A stretch of DNA of 64,000 nucleotides from an uncultured delta proteobacterium (GCA_963729715.1 CAVSPA010000007.1:288001-352000); one strand, 5' to 3'; positions 50,679 to 61,118 are shown, numbered from the stretch's first letter. Notes: generated from the sequence alone by a model not told the origin. A program made the numbers and translations.

Positions 50679-51844
50679 GGATAGCCTATTTCGACTGTTT
50701 CTCAGGCGTCAGCGGAGACATGGTACTGGGGGCGCTGATAGACGCGGGAGCTGATCTGCATAAGCTTGAATCGGAACTGAGCAAACTCAAGATATCCGGA
50801 TTCACGCTGAAGGCCGAAAAAACAACCAGGAAAGGGATCTCAGGAACCAAATTCTTTATCAATGCAGATGACAACCACGCCGAGAGGCATCTTGCAGACA
50901 TCGAAAAGATCATGGATAAGAGTGATCTTGGCGATGAAATAAAGGCGAAAGCCAAGATAATCTTTCTCGACCTCGCAGAGGTCGAGGCGAAGATTCACAA
51001 CACCGATCCCGGACATGTTCATTTTCATGAGATCGGCGGAATGGATTCCATCATCGACATTGTTGGCTCTCTCATAGTCCTAAAGATGCTGGGCATCGAA
51101 GCCGTGTACGCCTCGAGAATACCGGTGGGGACAGGATTCGTTGAATGTGACCATGGTGTCCTGCCGCTTCCCGCACCCGCCACCCTCGAGCTGCTCAAGG
51201 GCATTCCCGTATATGCAAGCGGCATCGAGAAAGAACTTGTCACACCAACCGGGATTGCTATTCTCAAACACGTGGTGCAAAGCTTCGGCATCATCCCGGA
51301 GATGAGAATTGAACGCTTAGGTTATGGTGCCGGGAGCAGGGATTTGAAAATACCGAACCTGCTCCGGGTCTGGATAGGTGAGACCGAAGTAAAGCAGGAA
51401 TACGAGGGCGATGGGGTCATCCTTATAGAAACTAATATCGACAACATGAATCCGGAGATTCTCGGCTACGCCCTGGAAAGGCTCCTGGAAAGAGGCGCCC
51501 TTGATGTCTTCATGACTCCCATATTCATGAAAAAGAACAGGCCGGGGACGCTGCTCAGCATTTTGATTACACCGGATAAACTGGATGACGCCCTCTCCGT
51601 AGTCTTCGCGGAAACGACTTCCCTCGGGGTCAGATTCCAGCGTCTGGAAAGAAGAAAACTCCCGAGAGAGCTGATCACTGTGGAGACTTCATTTGGACCC
51701 GTAAGGGTAAAGGTCGGCAATACGGGTATGGTGAAAAGGATTATATCGCCGGAATACGAAGACTGCCGGGAAATCGCCGCAAGATTGGGCATCCCCCTGA
51801 GGAAGGTATATGAGGAAGCCCGGGCAGCCGCAGAAAAAATATGA
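50675..51844 (+). CDS. larC: NPN cofactor nickel insertase
   Basis: YFDCFSGVSGDM, VHFHEIG, PAPAT, ETNIDN, MKKNRPG, PEYEDC. Confidence 0.94.
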   Translation: MRIAYFDCFSGVSGDMVLGALIDAGADLHKLESELSKLKISGFTLKAEKTTRKGISGTKFFINADDNHAERHLADIEKIMDKSDLGDEIKAKAKIIFLDLAEVEAKIHNTDPGHVHFHEIGGMDSIIDIVGSLIVLKMLGIEAVYASRIPVGTGFVECDHGVLPLPAPATLELLKGIPVYASGIEKELVTPTGIAILKHVVQSFGIIPEMRIERLGYGAGSRDLKIPNLLRVWIGETEVKQEYEGDGVILIETNIDNMNPEILGYALERLLERGALDVFMTPIFMKKNRPGTLLSILITPDKLDDALSVVFAETTSLGVRFQRLERRKLPRELITVETSFGPVRVKVGNTGMVKRIISPEYEDCREIAARLGIPLRKVYEEARAAAEKI

Positions 51845-51957
51845 GCGGGCGAATCGTAGACACCCACCCGCCAGAGGCACCTATCCGTTCATCTGCGCAA
51901 GCAAAATTGCCTCGCCCGCGCCGAAGCCTGCTACGTAATGACTTGATACTGCAAGTG

Positions 51958-52746
51958 CTATTTCCCCTTTGATGCCTTCTCTTGTTTCTGCCCCACCGGA
52001 CAGGATTTCATACAGTTCCAGCAGAAATATTGGAAACCTATAAACCCGGCCTGATACATGCGCCAGAAATCCACGCCTTTAACCATTTTCTTCTTTTCCT
52101 CAGGTGTCGCATCAGCGAACTTTGACCAGAAGCGGATACTGTTGCCGATACCATAGGGCTGCGAGTTGCGGAGGCATTTTCCGACGTCTGTCCTGTTCTC
52201 TTCATTAAGGGCCCCGGCGGGACACTCTTCGACACAAATATCGCAGTGAACGCACAGCTCCTCCGTGTACGGGATGTCGGAAGGAATCTCTAAATCTGTC
52301 AGTATCGCCGTGAAGATCACGCGCGTACCGAGTTTAGGATGGATGACGAGGTTATGCCTGCCAAAGACCCCCAGGCCAGCCACAATCGCCGCATGCCTGA
52401 GCGAGACGTCGCCGATGGCGCCCATGGTTTCCATGCTCATTTCCAGGGGATAGGAAGCGGGAGCGGCCATCGCCGTCGCGCCGCATTCCCTCTCGAGAAA
52501 ACGGCCCATTCTATAGTTGCACGACCGTGAAAATTCCATCACATCCATTCTGCCGCTCATGGCCACCTGCATATTCGTGCTCTCGCAGCTTGACGGTTCC
52601 TTATAGGCCATGACAACGATGGATTTTACACCGGGAAAAATAGTGTCTAGTTTCGGCGAGCGGGGACTCTGATAATCGGCAGCCGCCGCAACTCCCACAT
52701 CGTCAACCCCAAGGCTTAATGCAAATTCCTTGATTCTTTTCTTCAT
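51958..52746 (-). CDS. QueG/reductive-dehalogenase-like 4Fe-4S protein
   Basis: SLRHAAIVAGLG.FGRHNL, ILTDL, CVHCDICVEECP, CWNCMKSCPVG. Confidence 0.78.
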   Translation of the reverse strand: MKKRIKEFALSLGVDDVGVAAAADYQSPRSPKLDTIFPGVKSIVVMAYKEPSSCESTNMQVAMSGRMDVMEFSRSCNYRMGRFLERECGATAMAAPASYPLEMSMETMGAIGDVSLRHAAIVAGLGVFGRHNLVIHPKLGTRVIFTAILTDLEIPSDIPYTEELCVHCDICVEECPAGALNEENRTDVGKCLRNSQPYGIGNSIRFWSKFADATPEEKKKMVKGVDFWRMYQAGFIGFQYFCWNCMKSCPVGQKQEKASKGK

Positions 52747-52791
52747 ACTATTCCTCCTCTTTGTATATACACCTTTTTCTTCAAAAGAATT

Positions 52792-53250
52792 TCATCGTTC
52801 CTTGTCTTTCTTCCATATTCCATTAGCGATGCCGCAGAGCACTTCTGCCCCTTCTTCTCCAAGCAGACTCAGGGCTTTTTTCTGTGCGTCTTCCCATACT
52901 TCCTGCACCTTTCCCAAGAGCTCCTCTCCTGCAGAAGTAAGCCTCAACAGTTTCCTTCTTTCCGCCTTGACAGTTACGATCTTGAGCCATCCTCTTTTCT
53001 TCATGCGCTCTATATTTCTGCTGGCCGTCGATTTTTCCATCTTGAGCCGTCTGCAAAGGGCATCATATCCAACCTCCCCGGCGAGATGGACAAAGACCAG
53101 TATGCTTATCTGATTGAGCTTGACACCGAACGGGTTCAACGCTGAATCGTAGATGTTGGTTACCATGCGGCTCAGCAGTCGTATCCGCACGGCAATGCAC
53201 TGCCGCGACATACTTCTTATCAGCGATAATCTGTCAACGGATTTCTTCAT
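52792..53250 (-). CDS. MarR family transcriptional regulator
   Basis: CIAVRIRLLSR..YD, MEKSTASRNIERM..GW, LTSAG. Confidence 0.88.
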   Translation of the reverse strand: MKKSVDRLSLIRSMSRQCIAVRIRLLSRMVTNIYDSALNPFGVKLNQISILVFVHLAGEVGYDALCRRLKMEKSTASRNIERMKKRGWLKIVTVKAERRKLLRLTSAGEELLGKVQEVWEDAQKKALSLLGEEGAEVLCGIANGIWKKDKER

Positions 53251-53266
53251 AAGAGGCTGTCCATCG

Positions 53267-53288
53267 TATAGTTGTATATACAACTATA
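53267..53288. promoter_or_regulatory. Perfect 22-bp palindrome, probable MarR operator
   Basis: TATAGTTGTAT|ATACAACTATA just upstream of marR; core TGTATATACA recurs at 52762-52771. Confidence 0.75.
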
Positions 53289-53483
53289 ATGGGACGAATA
53301 TCTTGTCAACATTTTTCTGAAGAAAAAAGCGCAACTGGTCGATTCCCTCCGCATATAGAATTTCTTTCTAAAATTGTCTGAATCCTGTATATTTCTATCA
53401 TTAATGGATGGTGCAGGCGGATGGAAAGGTCTCTTGTTATAACTCATTCTGCAAATTGGCTTTAGCCGGCTAAGGAGGGGCGA

Positions 53484-54605
53484 ATGGCTGTAATATTTGA
53501 AGAAACTACAATCAACGGTATGACCATGCGCAACAGATTGATAAGGTCCGCTACATGGGAGGGAATGTGCGATCCGGACGGAAGGCCACGAGAGAAGCTC
53601 ATCACCTTATATCGCGACCTAGCGCGAGGAGGTATAGGACTCGTAATTACGAGCTATGCGTATGTAAGGCCGGACGGCAGGAGTTTACCCGGCCAGATGG
53701 GTATATATACCGATGCCTTTGCGGATCCCTTCCAGCGCATGGCCAGGGCTGTGCATGATGCAGGCGGAAAGATAGCCGTCCAGGTGGTTCACGGCGGCGG
53801 CCAGACGGATACAAAGACCGCAGGCTGTAAGCCCTTTGCCCCCTCAGCTGTTAAGGTTGAACAGTTTCCGGAAATGCCGGAGGAACTCACAAAGGATGAA
53901 ATCAAGCATATCGTTGCGGCATTCGGGAATGCGGCGCGACGCGTAAAGGAGTGGCGATTCGATGCCGTGCAACTGCATGGCGCCCACGGCTTTCTGATCA
54001 ATCAGTTCCTTTCCCCTCTCACCAACCGCCGTACTGATGAATATGGCGGCAGCATGGAAAATCGCGTGCGGTTCCTTCTCGAGGTCTACCAAAATGTACG
54101 GGGGGCGGTCGGCACGGATTATCCTGTGCTTATCAAACTGAACGCCACGGATTTCATAGAGGGAGGACTGGAAATTGAGGAAGCAATCTACGCAGCCAAG
54201 CGGCTTGCGGAATCTGGCATCGATGCCATAGAAGTCTCTGCCGGAACTCCGTCGTCGGGTCCCAAAAGCCCGGTGCGCACAAAAATAATAAAACCGGAGA
54301 GAGAGGCTTACAATCTTGAAATGGCTCGCCGAATCAAGAAAGCAGTCGGCTGCCCGGTAATAGTAGTGGGCGGATTCAGATCATATGAAGTTGTTGAAAA
54401 GGCCATCCGGGATGACGGCATGGATTACATCGCCCTGGCGAGGCCGCTCATCTGGGAGCCGGGTCTTGCCAATCGCTGGCTGCAAGGCGACCGGAGACCG
54501 ACAAGATGTATCTCGTGCAACAACTGCTTCACAGGCGGACTCGAAGAAGGCGGCATCTATTGCGCAACGGAAAAGAAAGAGATTGAAAAAGCGGCAAGGC
54601 GCTAA
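53484..54605 (+). CDS. NADH:flavin oxidoreductase (Old Yellow Enzyme family)
   Basis: RNRLIRSAT, QLHGAHGFLINQFLSP..NRRTDEYGGS, ARP, CISCNNC. Confidence 0.92.
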   Translation: MAVIFEETTINGMTMRNRLIRSATWEGMCDPDGRPREKLITLYRDLARGGIGLVITSYAYVRPDGRSLPGQMGIYTDAFADPFQRMARAVHDAGGKIAVQVVHGGGQTDTKTAGCKPFAPSAVKVEQFPEMPEELTKDEIKHIVAAFGNAARRVKEWRFDAVQLHGAHGFLINQFLSPLTNRRTDEYGGSMENRVRFLLEVYQNVRGAVGTDYPVLIKLNATDFIEGGLEIEEAIYAAKRLAESGIDAIEVSAGTPSSGPKSPVRTKIIKPEREAYNLEMARRIKKAVGCPVIVVGGFRSYEVVEKAIRDDGMDYIALARPLIWEPGLANRWLQGDRRPTRCISCNNCFTGGLEEGGIYCATEKKEIEKAARR

Positions 54606-54631
54606 GGATTTTTTATACAGGAGGAAGTCCG

Positions 54632-55321
54632 ATGAATCTGGAAGGTAAAACCGTTCTTATCCCCGGTTCAAGTTCGGGGATAGGAAGAGAGACGGCACTC
54701 CAGCTTGCCCGTGAGAGATGCAGACTCATATTGACATATTTCAAAGGCGAGGCAGCGGGAAAAGGGGTGCTCAAAGAATGTTTGAATCATGGCGAGGCTG
54801 CCCTCTATCGGCTGGATGTACGCGATGATCGCTCCGTCAGGCGCCTCGTAAAATCAGTTACGGATAGATTTTCCTCCCTTGATATTCTTATCAACGTTGC
54901 CGGCGTCATGGCGGAAACCCCACTTATCGAGCAATCCGCGGAAGACACGGCGAATCAGATTGGTGTAAATTTACTCGGACTTATCAACGTCACACGATCA
55001 TTCCTGCCCCTCCTTCAGAGGCAGAAAGAAGCGGTGATCGTCAATATTGCAAGTGGGCTCGCAAAGGAAGTGCTTCCGCAACTCACCGTATACTGCGCGA
55101 CAAAGTGGGGTGTGAGAGGTTTTACCCGCGCTCTTGCCGTGGAACTTCCCAGCAAGGTGAGGGTCTATTGCGTAAACCCCGGGTTGACGGCGACAAGAAT
55201 GACAGACTACCAGGGGGCCGACCCGGCAGATGTGGCGAAGATCATCGTGCGGACGGCGGCGGAAAAGCTCCGGAAAAAATCCGGTGATGACGTGGATGTA
55301 TGGAGATACGTTTCTCAGTAA
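54632..55321 (+). CDS. SDR family oxidoreductase
   Basis: GSSSGIG, NVAG, YCATK, NPG. Confidence 0.9.
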   Translation: MNLEGKTVLIPGSSSGIGRETALQLARERCRLILTYFKGEAAGKGVLKECLNHGEAALYRLDVRDDRSVRRLVKSVTDRFSSLDILINVAGVMAETPLIEQSAEDTANQIGVNLLGLINVTRSFLPLLQRQKEAVIVNIASGLAKEVLPQLTVYCATKWGVRGFTRALAVELPSKVRVYCVNPGLTATRMTDYQGADPADVAKIIVRTAAEKLRKKSGDDVDVWRYVSQ

Positions 55322-55354
55322 TGATGTCACGGCCGGACGTGACATCATCATACA

Positions 55355-55561
55355 TTATTCCTCGGCGCTCTTCTCCGATTCTTTTTTGGTATCCTTGTTT
55401 CCTTTCTCTTTCGTGACAGGGCTCTGAACCTTGTAACCTTCTTTCTTCAGCTCATATCCTCCGGCTGCTCCTGCGCCTGCTGCAGCCGCATACCAGCATA
55501 CCGAGAAATACGGAATTGCAAAAACAAATATGAAGCCTGCGATCATCCTCTTTAGTTTCAT
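55355..55561 (-). CDS. Small exported hypothetical protein
   Basis: GGAGG RBS, signal-like N-terminus, charged tail. Confidence 0.45.
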   Translation of the reverse strand: MKLKRMIAGFIFVFAIPYFSVCWYAAAAGAGAAGGYELKKEGYKVQSPVTKEKGNKDTKKESEKSAEE

Positions 55562-55609
55562 AGTTATGGCGCACCTCCTCGCCTGGTTAATAGTATGCCT
55601 GTACAGCAA

Positions 55610-56071
55610 CTACCCACTTGCAACAATTTTTTTCATTCGTACAGCGTCGCCGTAAGGATAATAGTCGGGAAGAAACTTCGATTCCATGTAACCACACTTG
55701 GCGAAAAAAGCTTCCGCTCCGCCTTCACCTTTCAGCGTCTCTAAAACGATGAAGGAAACATTAGATTCAATCAGATATTTCTCCATCGCATCCAATAAGA
55801 TCTTGCCCGCGCCCGTGCTTCTGTATGCCGGGAGTACACCAATGGAATAGATTCTTCCCTTATATTTACCATTTCTCAACTCGTTTCTTAAGGTCACGCC
55901 GAATCCGACAGATGAGCTATTATCACGAAGAAGAAAGAAAGAGGCATTATGTGAAGATCTAAGATATCGGAGTTGTGATCGCGAGAAGCATTCATTCACC
56001 CTGAATATGCGCCTTTCAAGGTCATATATTTCACCGGAATTATTTTTTGAAATTCTGATGACAGTCAACAT
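55610..56071 (-). CDS. GNAT (RimI-like) acetyltransferase
   Basis: IYSIGVLPAYRSTGAG, FFAKCGY, DYY..DAVRM. Confidence 0.82.
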   Translation of the reverse strand: MLTVIRISKNNSGEIYDLERRIFRVNECFSRSQLRYLRSSHNASFFLLRDNSSSVGFGVTLRNELRNGKYKGRIYSIGVLPAYRSTGAGKILLDAMEKYLIESNVSFIVLETLKGEGGAEAFFAKCGYMESKFLPDYYPYGDAVRMKKIVASG

Positions 56072-56105
56072 GGTATGAAATGATGTTGAGACATTGGTAA
56101 GCTGC

Positions 56106-56753
56106 TTATTGTATGATGATGATCCCCGCCAGAGTGCCTTTGGATATCTCTTCCGGTTTGGCGTTGCTGCCTATGGGGTAGATGTCCCACCCCATTGCAG
56201 CGGCCATTTTATAAACATCAATGCCTACTGCCTCCATGGAAGGCCGGGAACGGAGAGAGATCCTACACCTCTTCCCTTCCAGGGCCTGGCAGTTCTCCTG
56301 CTGGCTGCAGAACGTATGCCTGCAGGAGCCAGCAGCAAAGCCGAAGGCCAGATAGTGGCCGTCGTAGAAAGCCATGGATTCGATCTCACCCACGATGTCA
56401 AATATTCTCCGATAGGCTGCCTCTCTTTCTTTTATCGTAGCCCGGTCTCTGACTATCACCTCGGGCGGGACATCGAGGGTAAAAAAGACCGCCCACTCGA
56501 ACCCTTTTAATAAGTCACGCAGCTCTGCCGGTTTCAGCGTGTGGGGCGGGCAGTGCACACTGGTGCCGTATCCAAAACACCGCGGTATCTGACATTTCAG
56601 CACAATCCTTTCATCCACGGGAATCTCTTTCACGCTTACAATTGTGGCCCTGGTAGCGCCCAGTTCGACGGCCTTTGCCTTATACCTCTCCAGATCCCCG
56701 AGCAGCCGGGCTGCATTCATATCGACAGTTATCCTCTCTATCCTTTCCCCCAT
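56106..56753 (-). CDS. DUF2284 family Cys-rich metal-binding protein
   Basis: KCQIPRC..YG...HCPP, AGSC, RPSMEAVGIDV. Confidence 0.82.
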   Translation of the reverse strand: MGERIERITVDMNAARLLGDLERYKAKAVELGATRATIVSVKEIPVDERIVLKCQIPRCFGYGTSVHCPPHTLKPAELRDLLKGFEWAVFFTLDVPPEVIVRDRATIKEREAAYRRIFDIVGEIESMAFYDGHYLAFGFAAGSCRHTFCSQQENCQALEGKRCRISLRSRPSMEAVGIDVYKMAAAMGWDIYPIGSNAKPEEISKGTLAGIIIIQ

Positions 56754-56904
56754 CTCATTTCCCCTTTGAAGCCTCTGATCAATATCCGGTTAAATCTTCT
56801 TCTTTCACAAGTAAAATATAGATGGGCTCATCATGTATGTCAATATCATTCGACTGCAGGATGTAGGAAGCCATGACGCAACGCGTGAGAAATGCACCAT
56901 TAAA

Positions 56905-56934
56905 AAGCCCCGGTGAAAAATATCACCGGGGCTT
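56905..56934 (-). terminator. Intrinsic terminator of the por-nuoEFG-like operon
   Basis: AAGCCCCGGTGA/TCACCGGGGCTT stem with a T tract on the minus strand. Confidence 0.8.
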
Positions 56935-57000
56935 CCATTATTTACTGCCATGCCGCGTCAAATGGCCTTTATACTGATAAAGGCATCCCGCGTTGATTTC

Positions 57001-57729
57001 TTATTTACAGCTCACACAGACTGCGAGTTCCTTCAGCGGAGTGCCTGTCTTCTGGCTTATGTATTTCAGCTGGTCGATCGGGGCAAAATACCTCCCGCAT
57101 TTCTCGCAGGCCTGCATCTTAAAGGTACGTCCCCATATTTTCCGCTTGCCGTCCGTTGCCTCCATGACGATGTGCTCCGTCGGGCAGATATACGCGCACG
57201 CACCGCATCCGATACAGGTTTTGGAATCCTCGACGAATGGGGGGCCGACTTTTTTGTCTTTGCCTCTGCCAGACAAGCCAATGGCACTCACACCCACAAC
57301 ATCTTCACAAGCCTTAACACAAAGTCTGCATAGTACACACTTCCCTTTGTCTGTTTCAGGATGAAAGGCGGGTTGCGGTTCAATGCCCATCTCTTTAGCC
57401 ATATCCTTAAGTACGTCGGACTCAGGACACCTTGCCATGAGAAGCTGCATAACGAGACGCCGGACATTCATAACCCTTTCCGATTTCGTTTCAACAACGA
57501 TACCTTCATCAACAGGATACAGGCATGACGTCACGATCCTTGTTCTCTTGCCTTTCTTCACCTCAACTACACAGAGGCGGCATGCTCCTGATGGAGCAAC
57601 TGACTCATGGCAGCACAGGGTTGGAATCACTATGCCATTATTGCGGGCAACCTGAAGTACCGTTGCACCTTCCTTAGCCTCAACCTTCTTACCATCTATG
57701 ATAAAGTTTACCATTTCCCCTACCTTCAT
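57001..57729 (-). CDS. HydA/NuoG N-terminal-like Fe-S subunit without catalytic domain
   Basis: IPTLC, GACRLCVVE, TSC, CVLCRLCVKAC, CIGCGACAYICP, C-terminal CEKC...CVSCK; only 242 aa. Confidence 0.85.
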   Translation of the reverse strand: MKVGEMVNFIIDGKKVEAKEGATVLQVARNNGIVIPTLCCHESVAPSGACRLCVVEVKKGKRTRIVTSCLYPVDEGIVVETKSERVMNVRRLVMQLLMARCPESDVLKDMAKEMGIEPQPAFHPETDKGKCVLCRLCVKACEDVVGVSAIGLSGRGKDKKVGPPFVEDSKTCIGCGACAYICPTEHIVMEATDGKRKIWGRTFKMQACEKCGRYFAPIDQLKYISQKTGTPLKELAVCVSCK

Positions 57730-59639
57730 TCTATGCTTATTGCTTCAAATTTACAGCTTTCTCTACAGACGCCGCACTTGATACACACTGTTTGATCAAT
57801 CACATGTGGCTTTTTCTTCTGACCAGTTATACACACAGTGGGACACTTCTTGGCGCAAACGCCGCATCCCGTACATTTCTTTGCATTGATTTTGAAACTG
57901 ATCAGGGCCCTGCAGACACCGGCAGGACATTTCTTGTCCCGAACATGAGCGACATACTCATTACGGAAATACTTGAGGGTGCTCAAAACCGGATTTGCAG
58001 CCGTGCTGCCCAAGGCGCACAAGGCGCCATCGACGATTCCCTGGGACATGGACTCCAGAAGTTCAACGTCACCCTTCTTTCCTTTGCCTTCGCAGATGTC
58101 ATGCAGGATTTCATTCATCCTGTGGACCCCTTCCCGGCAGGGAACACACTTACCGCAGGATTCAAATTCGAGGAAATCGATGAAATACCTCGCGATATCA
58201 ACCATGCAGGTGCTCTCATCCATGACAATCATACCACCGGAACCCATCATGGAGCCGGCTTCCCACAGAGAATCAAAATCTACGGAAATATCTATGAGAC
58301 TTGTGGGCAGGCATCCGCCGGACGGACCGCCGGTCTGGACCGCCTTGTATTTCTTACCACCGGGAATCCCGCCGCCGATTTCGTATATAATATCTCTCAG
58401 AGGTATCCCCATGGGCACCTCAACCAACCCAATATTATTTATCTTACCGACGACAGAAAATACCTTCGTTCCTGAATTATTCTTACAGCCTATGCTGGAG
58501 AACCACTTCGCGCCCCTGCTGATAATGGCCGGAACATTTGCCCATGTTTCCACATTATTCAGATTGGAAGGCCTGTCCCACAGTCCATGCTCGACTGTAT
58601 GTATGTATTTTGCTCTCGGCTCGCCGGCTTTGCCTTCCAGAGAAGTCATCAAGGCCGTTGATTCACCGCAAACGAATGCACCAGCACCCTTGCCGATTTT
58701 CAGATCAAAATCAAACCCTGTATTGAGAATATTTTTTCCGAGGAAACCATATTCTCTCGCCTGGTTAATTGCCCGCTGCAGATTGGCGACGGCTAAGGGA
58801 TACTCGTTTCTGACATAAATAAATCCCTGGCCGGAACCAATGGCAAATGCTCCTATAATCATTCCTTCGATGACACTGTGGGGATCTCCTTCCATGACGC
58901 TTCTGTCCATGTAAGCGCCGGGGTCTCCTTCATCGCCATTGCAGATCACATATTTAATGTCTCCATGGGCGCGTCTGCAAGTCTGCCACTTGATACCGGC
59001 GGGGAACCCTCCGCCTCCACGACCTCTCAAACCTGAAGCAATTATCTCTTCAATGATCTCATCCGGCTTCATCTTGGTGAGGGCCTTGAGAAGGCTGAAG
59101 TAACCACCCTTGGCGATGTATTCATCTATGCTCTCATAATTGATCATCCCGCAGTTTCTGGTGGCCAACTTCAGCTGTTTCTTGTAGAATTTGACATCCC
59201 CTATCTTGGGAACATCCGCCAGATCTTTCGGAACGGCGCCCTTAAAATAGGGCTTCTTTTCATTCAGACAGATGAAGTCTTCCTCATCCATTCTGTAAGT
59301 GGGTTTGTTGCCATTCGTAGCGCCTTTTACAATCTGGTCAATGACTTCCGGCACCTTCTTCGCGGTCATCTTGCTGAATGCCAGACGTGGTTTGTTCGGT
59401 TGCAGGACGTCTACAAGGGGCTCTATGCAGTCCATACCCATAGCCCCCGTTTTGCTCAGGACAAAATCCAGCTTCCGTTTCTTTATCTCCGCCTCCAAGG
59501 CATTGTAGACCTCCTGGGCCCCCGAGGCAATCCCACTCGTCGCCATTCCGACCATGATTTTCGTTTTTGACGGGATGATAGATTCCAGCCCTCTTTTCGC
59601 TGCCTTGTTCAAATCTTCAAGTGTATTGATCTTACTCAC
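57726..59639 (-). CDS. HydB/NuoF-like NAD(H)/FMN-binding subunit
   Basis: GLRGRGGGGFP, NGDEGDPGAYMDR, GGPSGG, ESCGKCVPCREG, two C-terminal 4Fe-4S motifs. Confidence 0.93.
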   Translation of the reverse strand: MSKINTLEDLNKAAKRGLESIIPSKTKIMVGMATSGIASGAQEVYNALEAEIKKRKLDFVLSKTGAMGMDCIEPLVDVLQPNKPRLAFSKMTAKKVPEVIDQIVKGATNGNKPTYRMDEEDFICLNEKKPYFKGAVPKDLADVPKIGDVKFYKKQLKLATRNCGMINYESIDEYIAKGGYFSLLKALTKMKPDEIIEEIIASGLRGRGGGGFPAGIKWQTCRRAHGDIKYVICNGDEGDPGAYMDRSVMEGDPHSVIEGMIIGAFAIGSGQGFIYVRNEYPLAVANLQRAINQAREYGFLGKNILNTGFDFDLKIGKGAGAFVCGESTALMTSLEGKAGEPRAKYIHTVEHGLWDRPSNLNNVETWANVPAIISRGAKWFSSIGCKNNSGTKVFSVVGKINNIGLVEVPMGIPLRDIIYEIGGGIPGGKKYKAVQTGGPSGGCLPTSLIDISVDFDSLWEAGSMMGSGGMIVMDESTCMVDIARYFIDFLEFESCGKCVPCREGVHRMNEILHDICEGKGKKGDVELLESMSQGIVDGALCALGSTAANPVLSTLKYFRNEYVAHVRDKKCPAGVCRALISFKINAKKCTGCGVCAKKCPTVCITGQKKKPHVIDQTVCIKCGVCRESCKFEAISIE

Positions 59640-59652
59640 TTTTCCACCCCTA

Positions 59653-60120
59653 TTATTTATAATTTGCCAAAACCTTCGGAATCTGGTCCTGCGTTAAATT
59701 AGGATGAATGTTACCGCTTATCCGCGCGACAGGGGCCAGACTGCAACATCCGAGACATCTGACCTCTTCGAGGGTAAACTTTTTATCCTTCGTCGTTTCG
59801 CCGCAACAAATCTTCAGATCTCTCTCTATCCTGTCCATCAGATTGGCAGCCCCCTGAACGTGGCACGCCGTCCCGGCGCACACCTCTACCAGGTTCCTGC
59901 CCCTAGGCTTGAGGCTGAAGGCGTTGTAAAATGTTGCAATCTCATAGATCCTGGTGAGGGGCACCTCCATCTGCTTACTAATAGAGGAAAGCGCTTCCTT
60001 TGGTAGATATCTGAATTCTTCCTGCACATCCTGAAGGATGGCTATCATTGCTGTCTTGTCGCCATCATATTTCTTTATGATGCTTTTAACCGATTTCTGC
60101 TTGGTCTTCGCTGTCTTCAT
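59653..60120 (-). CDS. HydC/NuoE-like 2Fe-2S subunit
   Basis: ATFY, VCAGTACHV, CLGCCSLAP. Confidence 0.92.
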   Translation of the reverse strand: MKTAKTKQKSVKSIIKKYDGDKTAMIAILQDVQEEFRYLPKEALSSISKQMEVPLTRIYEIATFYNAFSLKPRGRNLVEVCAGTACHVQGAANLMDRIERDLKICCGETTKDKKFTLEEVRCLGCCSLAPVARISGNIHPNLTQDQIPKVLANYK

Positions 60121-60152
60121 ACTTCAATCACCTTATCCCGTATAATAGCAAC

Positions 60153-61118
60153 TTAACTTGTCATATCCGACCAGGATTTTGAATGCTTAATCCTCTCCAA
60201 CACTTTATTGTATTCAAGCATTGCCATTCCCTTGAAAATCTGAATCTGATCCGGCGTGAGATGCCTGAACCGTCCCTGAGGCTTCAGATAATCTTCTATG
60301 GGCCGAAGCTTTTTGGGCATCTCGATGGTCATTTTGTATTTCCCGTTTTCCACCTCGTACAGCGGGAACACACCTGTTTCCACAGCGAGACGGCCCATCT
60401 TGATACATGCATCCGACGGACACCGCCATCCTGTCGGGCAGACGGCCAGACAGTGGATGAAGGCAGGACCGTTTACTTTTTTTGCTTTTTTGACTTTATC
60501 CATAAAATCAAACGGGTAGCTATGGCAGGCCGTGGCCACATAGGGCACCTTGTGGGCCACCATGATCTCGGCCATGTTCTTCTTCCACGTAGTGTTTCCG
60601 ACGCTTTTCTTGCCCGCGGGTCTCGTCGTTGTCGATGCCCCGTAGGGCGTTGCGCCGGAACGCTGAATGCCCGTGTTCATGTAGGCTTCATTGTCGTAGA
60701 CGATATAGATCATGTTGTGACCGCGCTCCATGGCTCCAGAAATGGCCTGGAAACCGATGTCAAAGGACCCTCCATCGCCTCCGATGGAAACCACCTTTAC
60801 ATCCCTGTCAGCGATTTTCCCCTTCTTGCGGAGGGTTTTCAAGGCGGCCTCAACACCCGCTCCCACGGCAGCGGAATTCGGGAACGCCACATGCACCCAC
60901 GGAAGCTTCCACGCCGTCGTCGGATAAGGGGTAGCAGTAACTTCCATACATCCCGTAGCATTGGTCACTACCGTATCTTTACCCAAAGCCTTTGCCATCA
61001 GGCGGATTGCTAATGCTTCACCGCAACCCTGGCAGGCGCGATGTCCTGAACTGTAATATTCCTCTTTATCAACCAGCTTTGGGGCAAACAAATCAAAATT
61101 TTCTACAATACTCTTCAT
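60153..61118 (-). CDS. porB: Pyruvate/2-oxoacid:ferredoxin oxidoreductase beta subunit
   Basis: [32 protein letters not shown]. Confidence 0.93.
   Translation of the reverse strand: MKSIVENFDLFAPKLVDKEEYYSSGHRACQGCGEALAIRLMAKALGKDTVVTNATGCMEVTATPYPTTAWKLPWVHVAFPNSAAVGAGVEAALKTLRKKGKIADRDVKVVSIGGDGGSFDIGFQAISGAMERGHNMIYIVYDNEAYMNTGIQRSGATPYGASTTTRPAGKKSVGNTTWKKNMAEIMVAHKVPYVATACHSYPFDFMDKVKKAKKVNGPAFIHCLAVCPTGWRCPSDACIKMGRLAVETGVFPLYEVENGKYKMTIEMPKKLRPIEDYLKPQGRFRHLTPDQIQIFKGMAMLEYNKVLERIKHSKSWSDMTS

Noticed and set aside
57001..60120. [FeFe]-hydrogenase or complex I
   Set aside because: No H-cluster motifs and no other nuo subunits in the operon.
57973..61013. Long plus-strand ORFs (281 aa, 276 aa) and similar antisense ORFs elsewhere
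   Set aside because: Largely or fully overlap well-supported genes on the opposite strand and carry no recognisable motifs.
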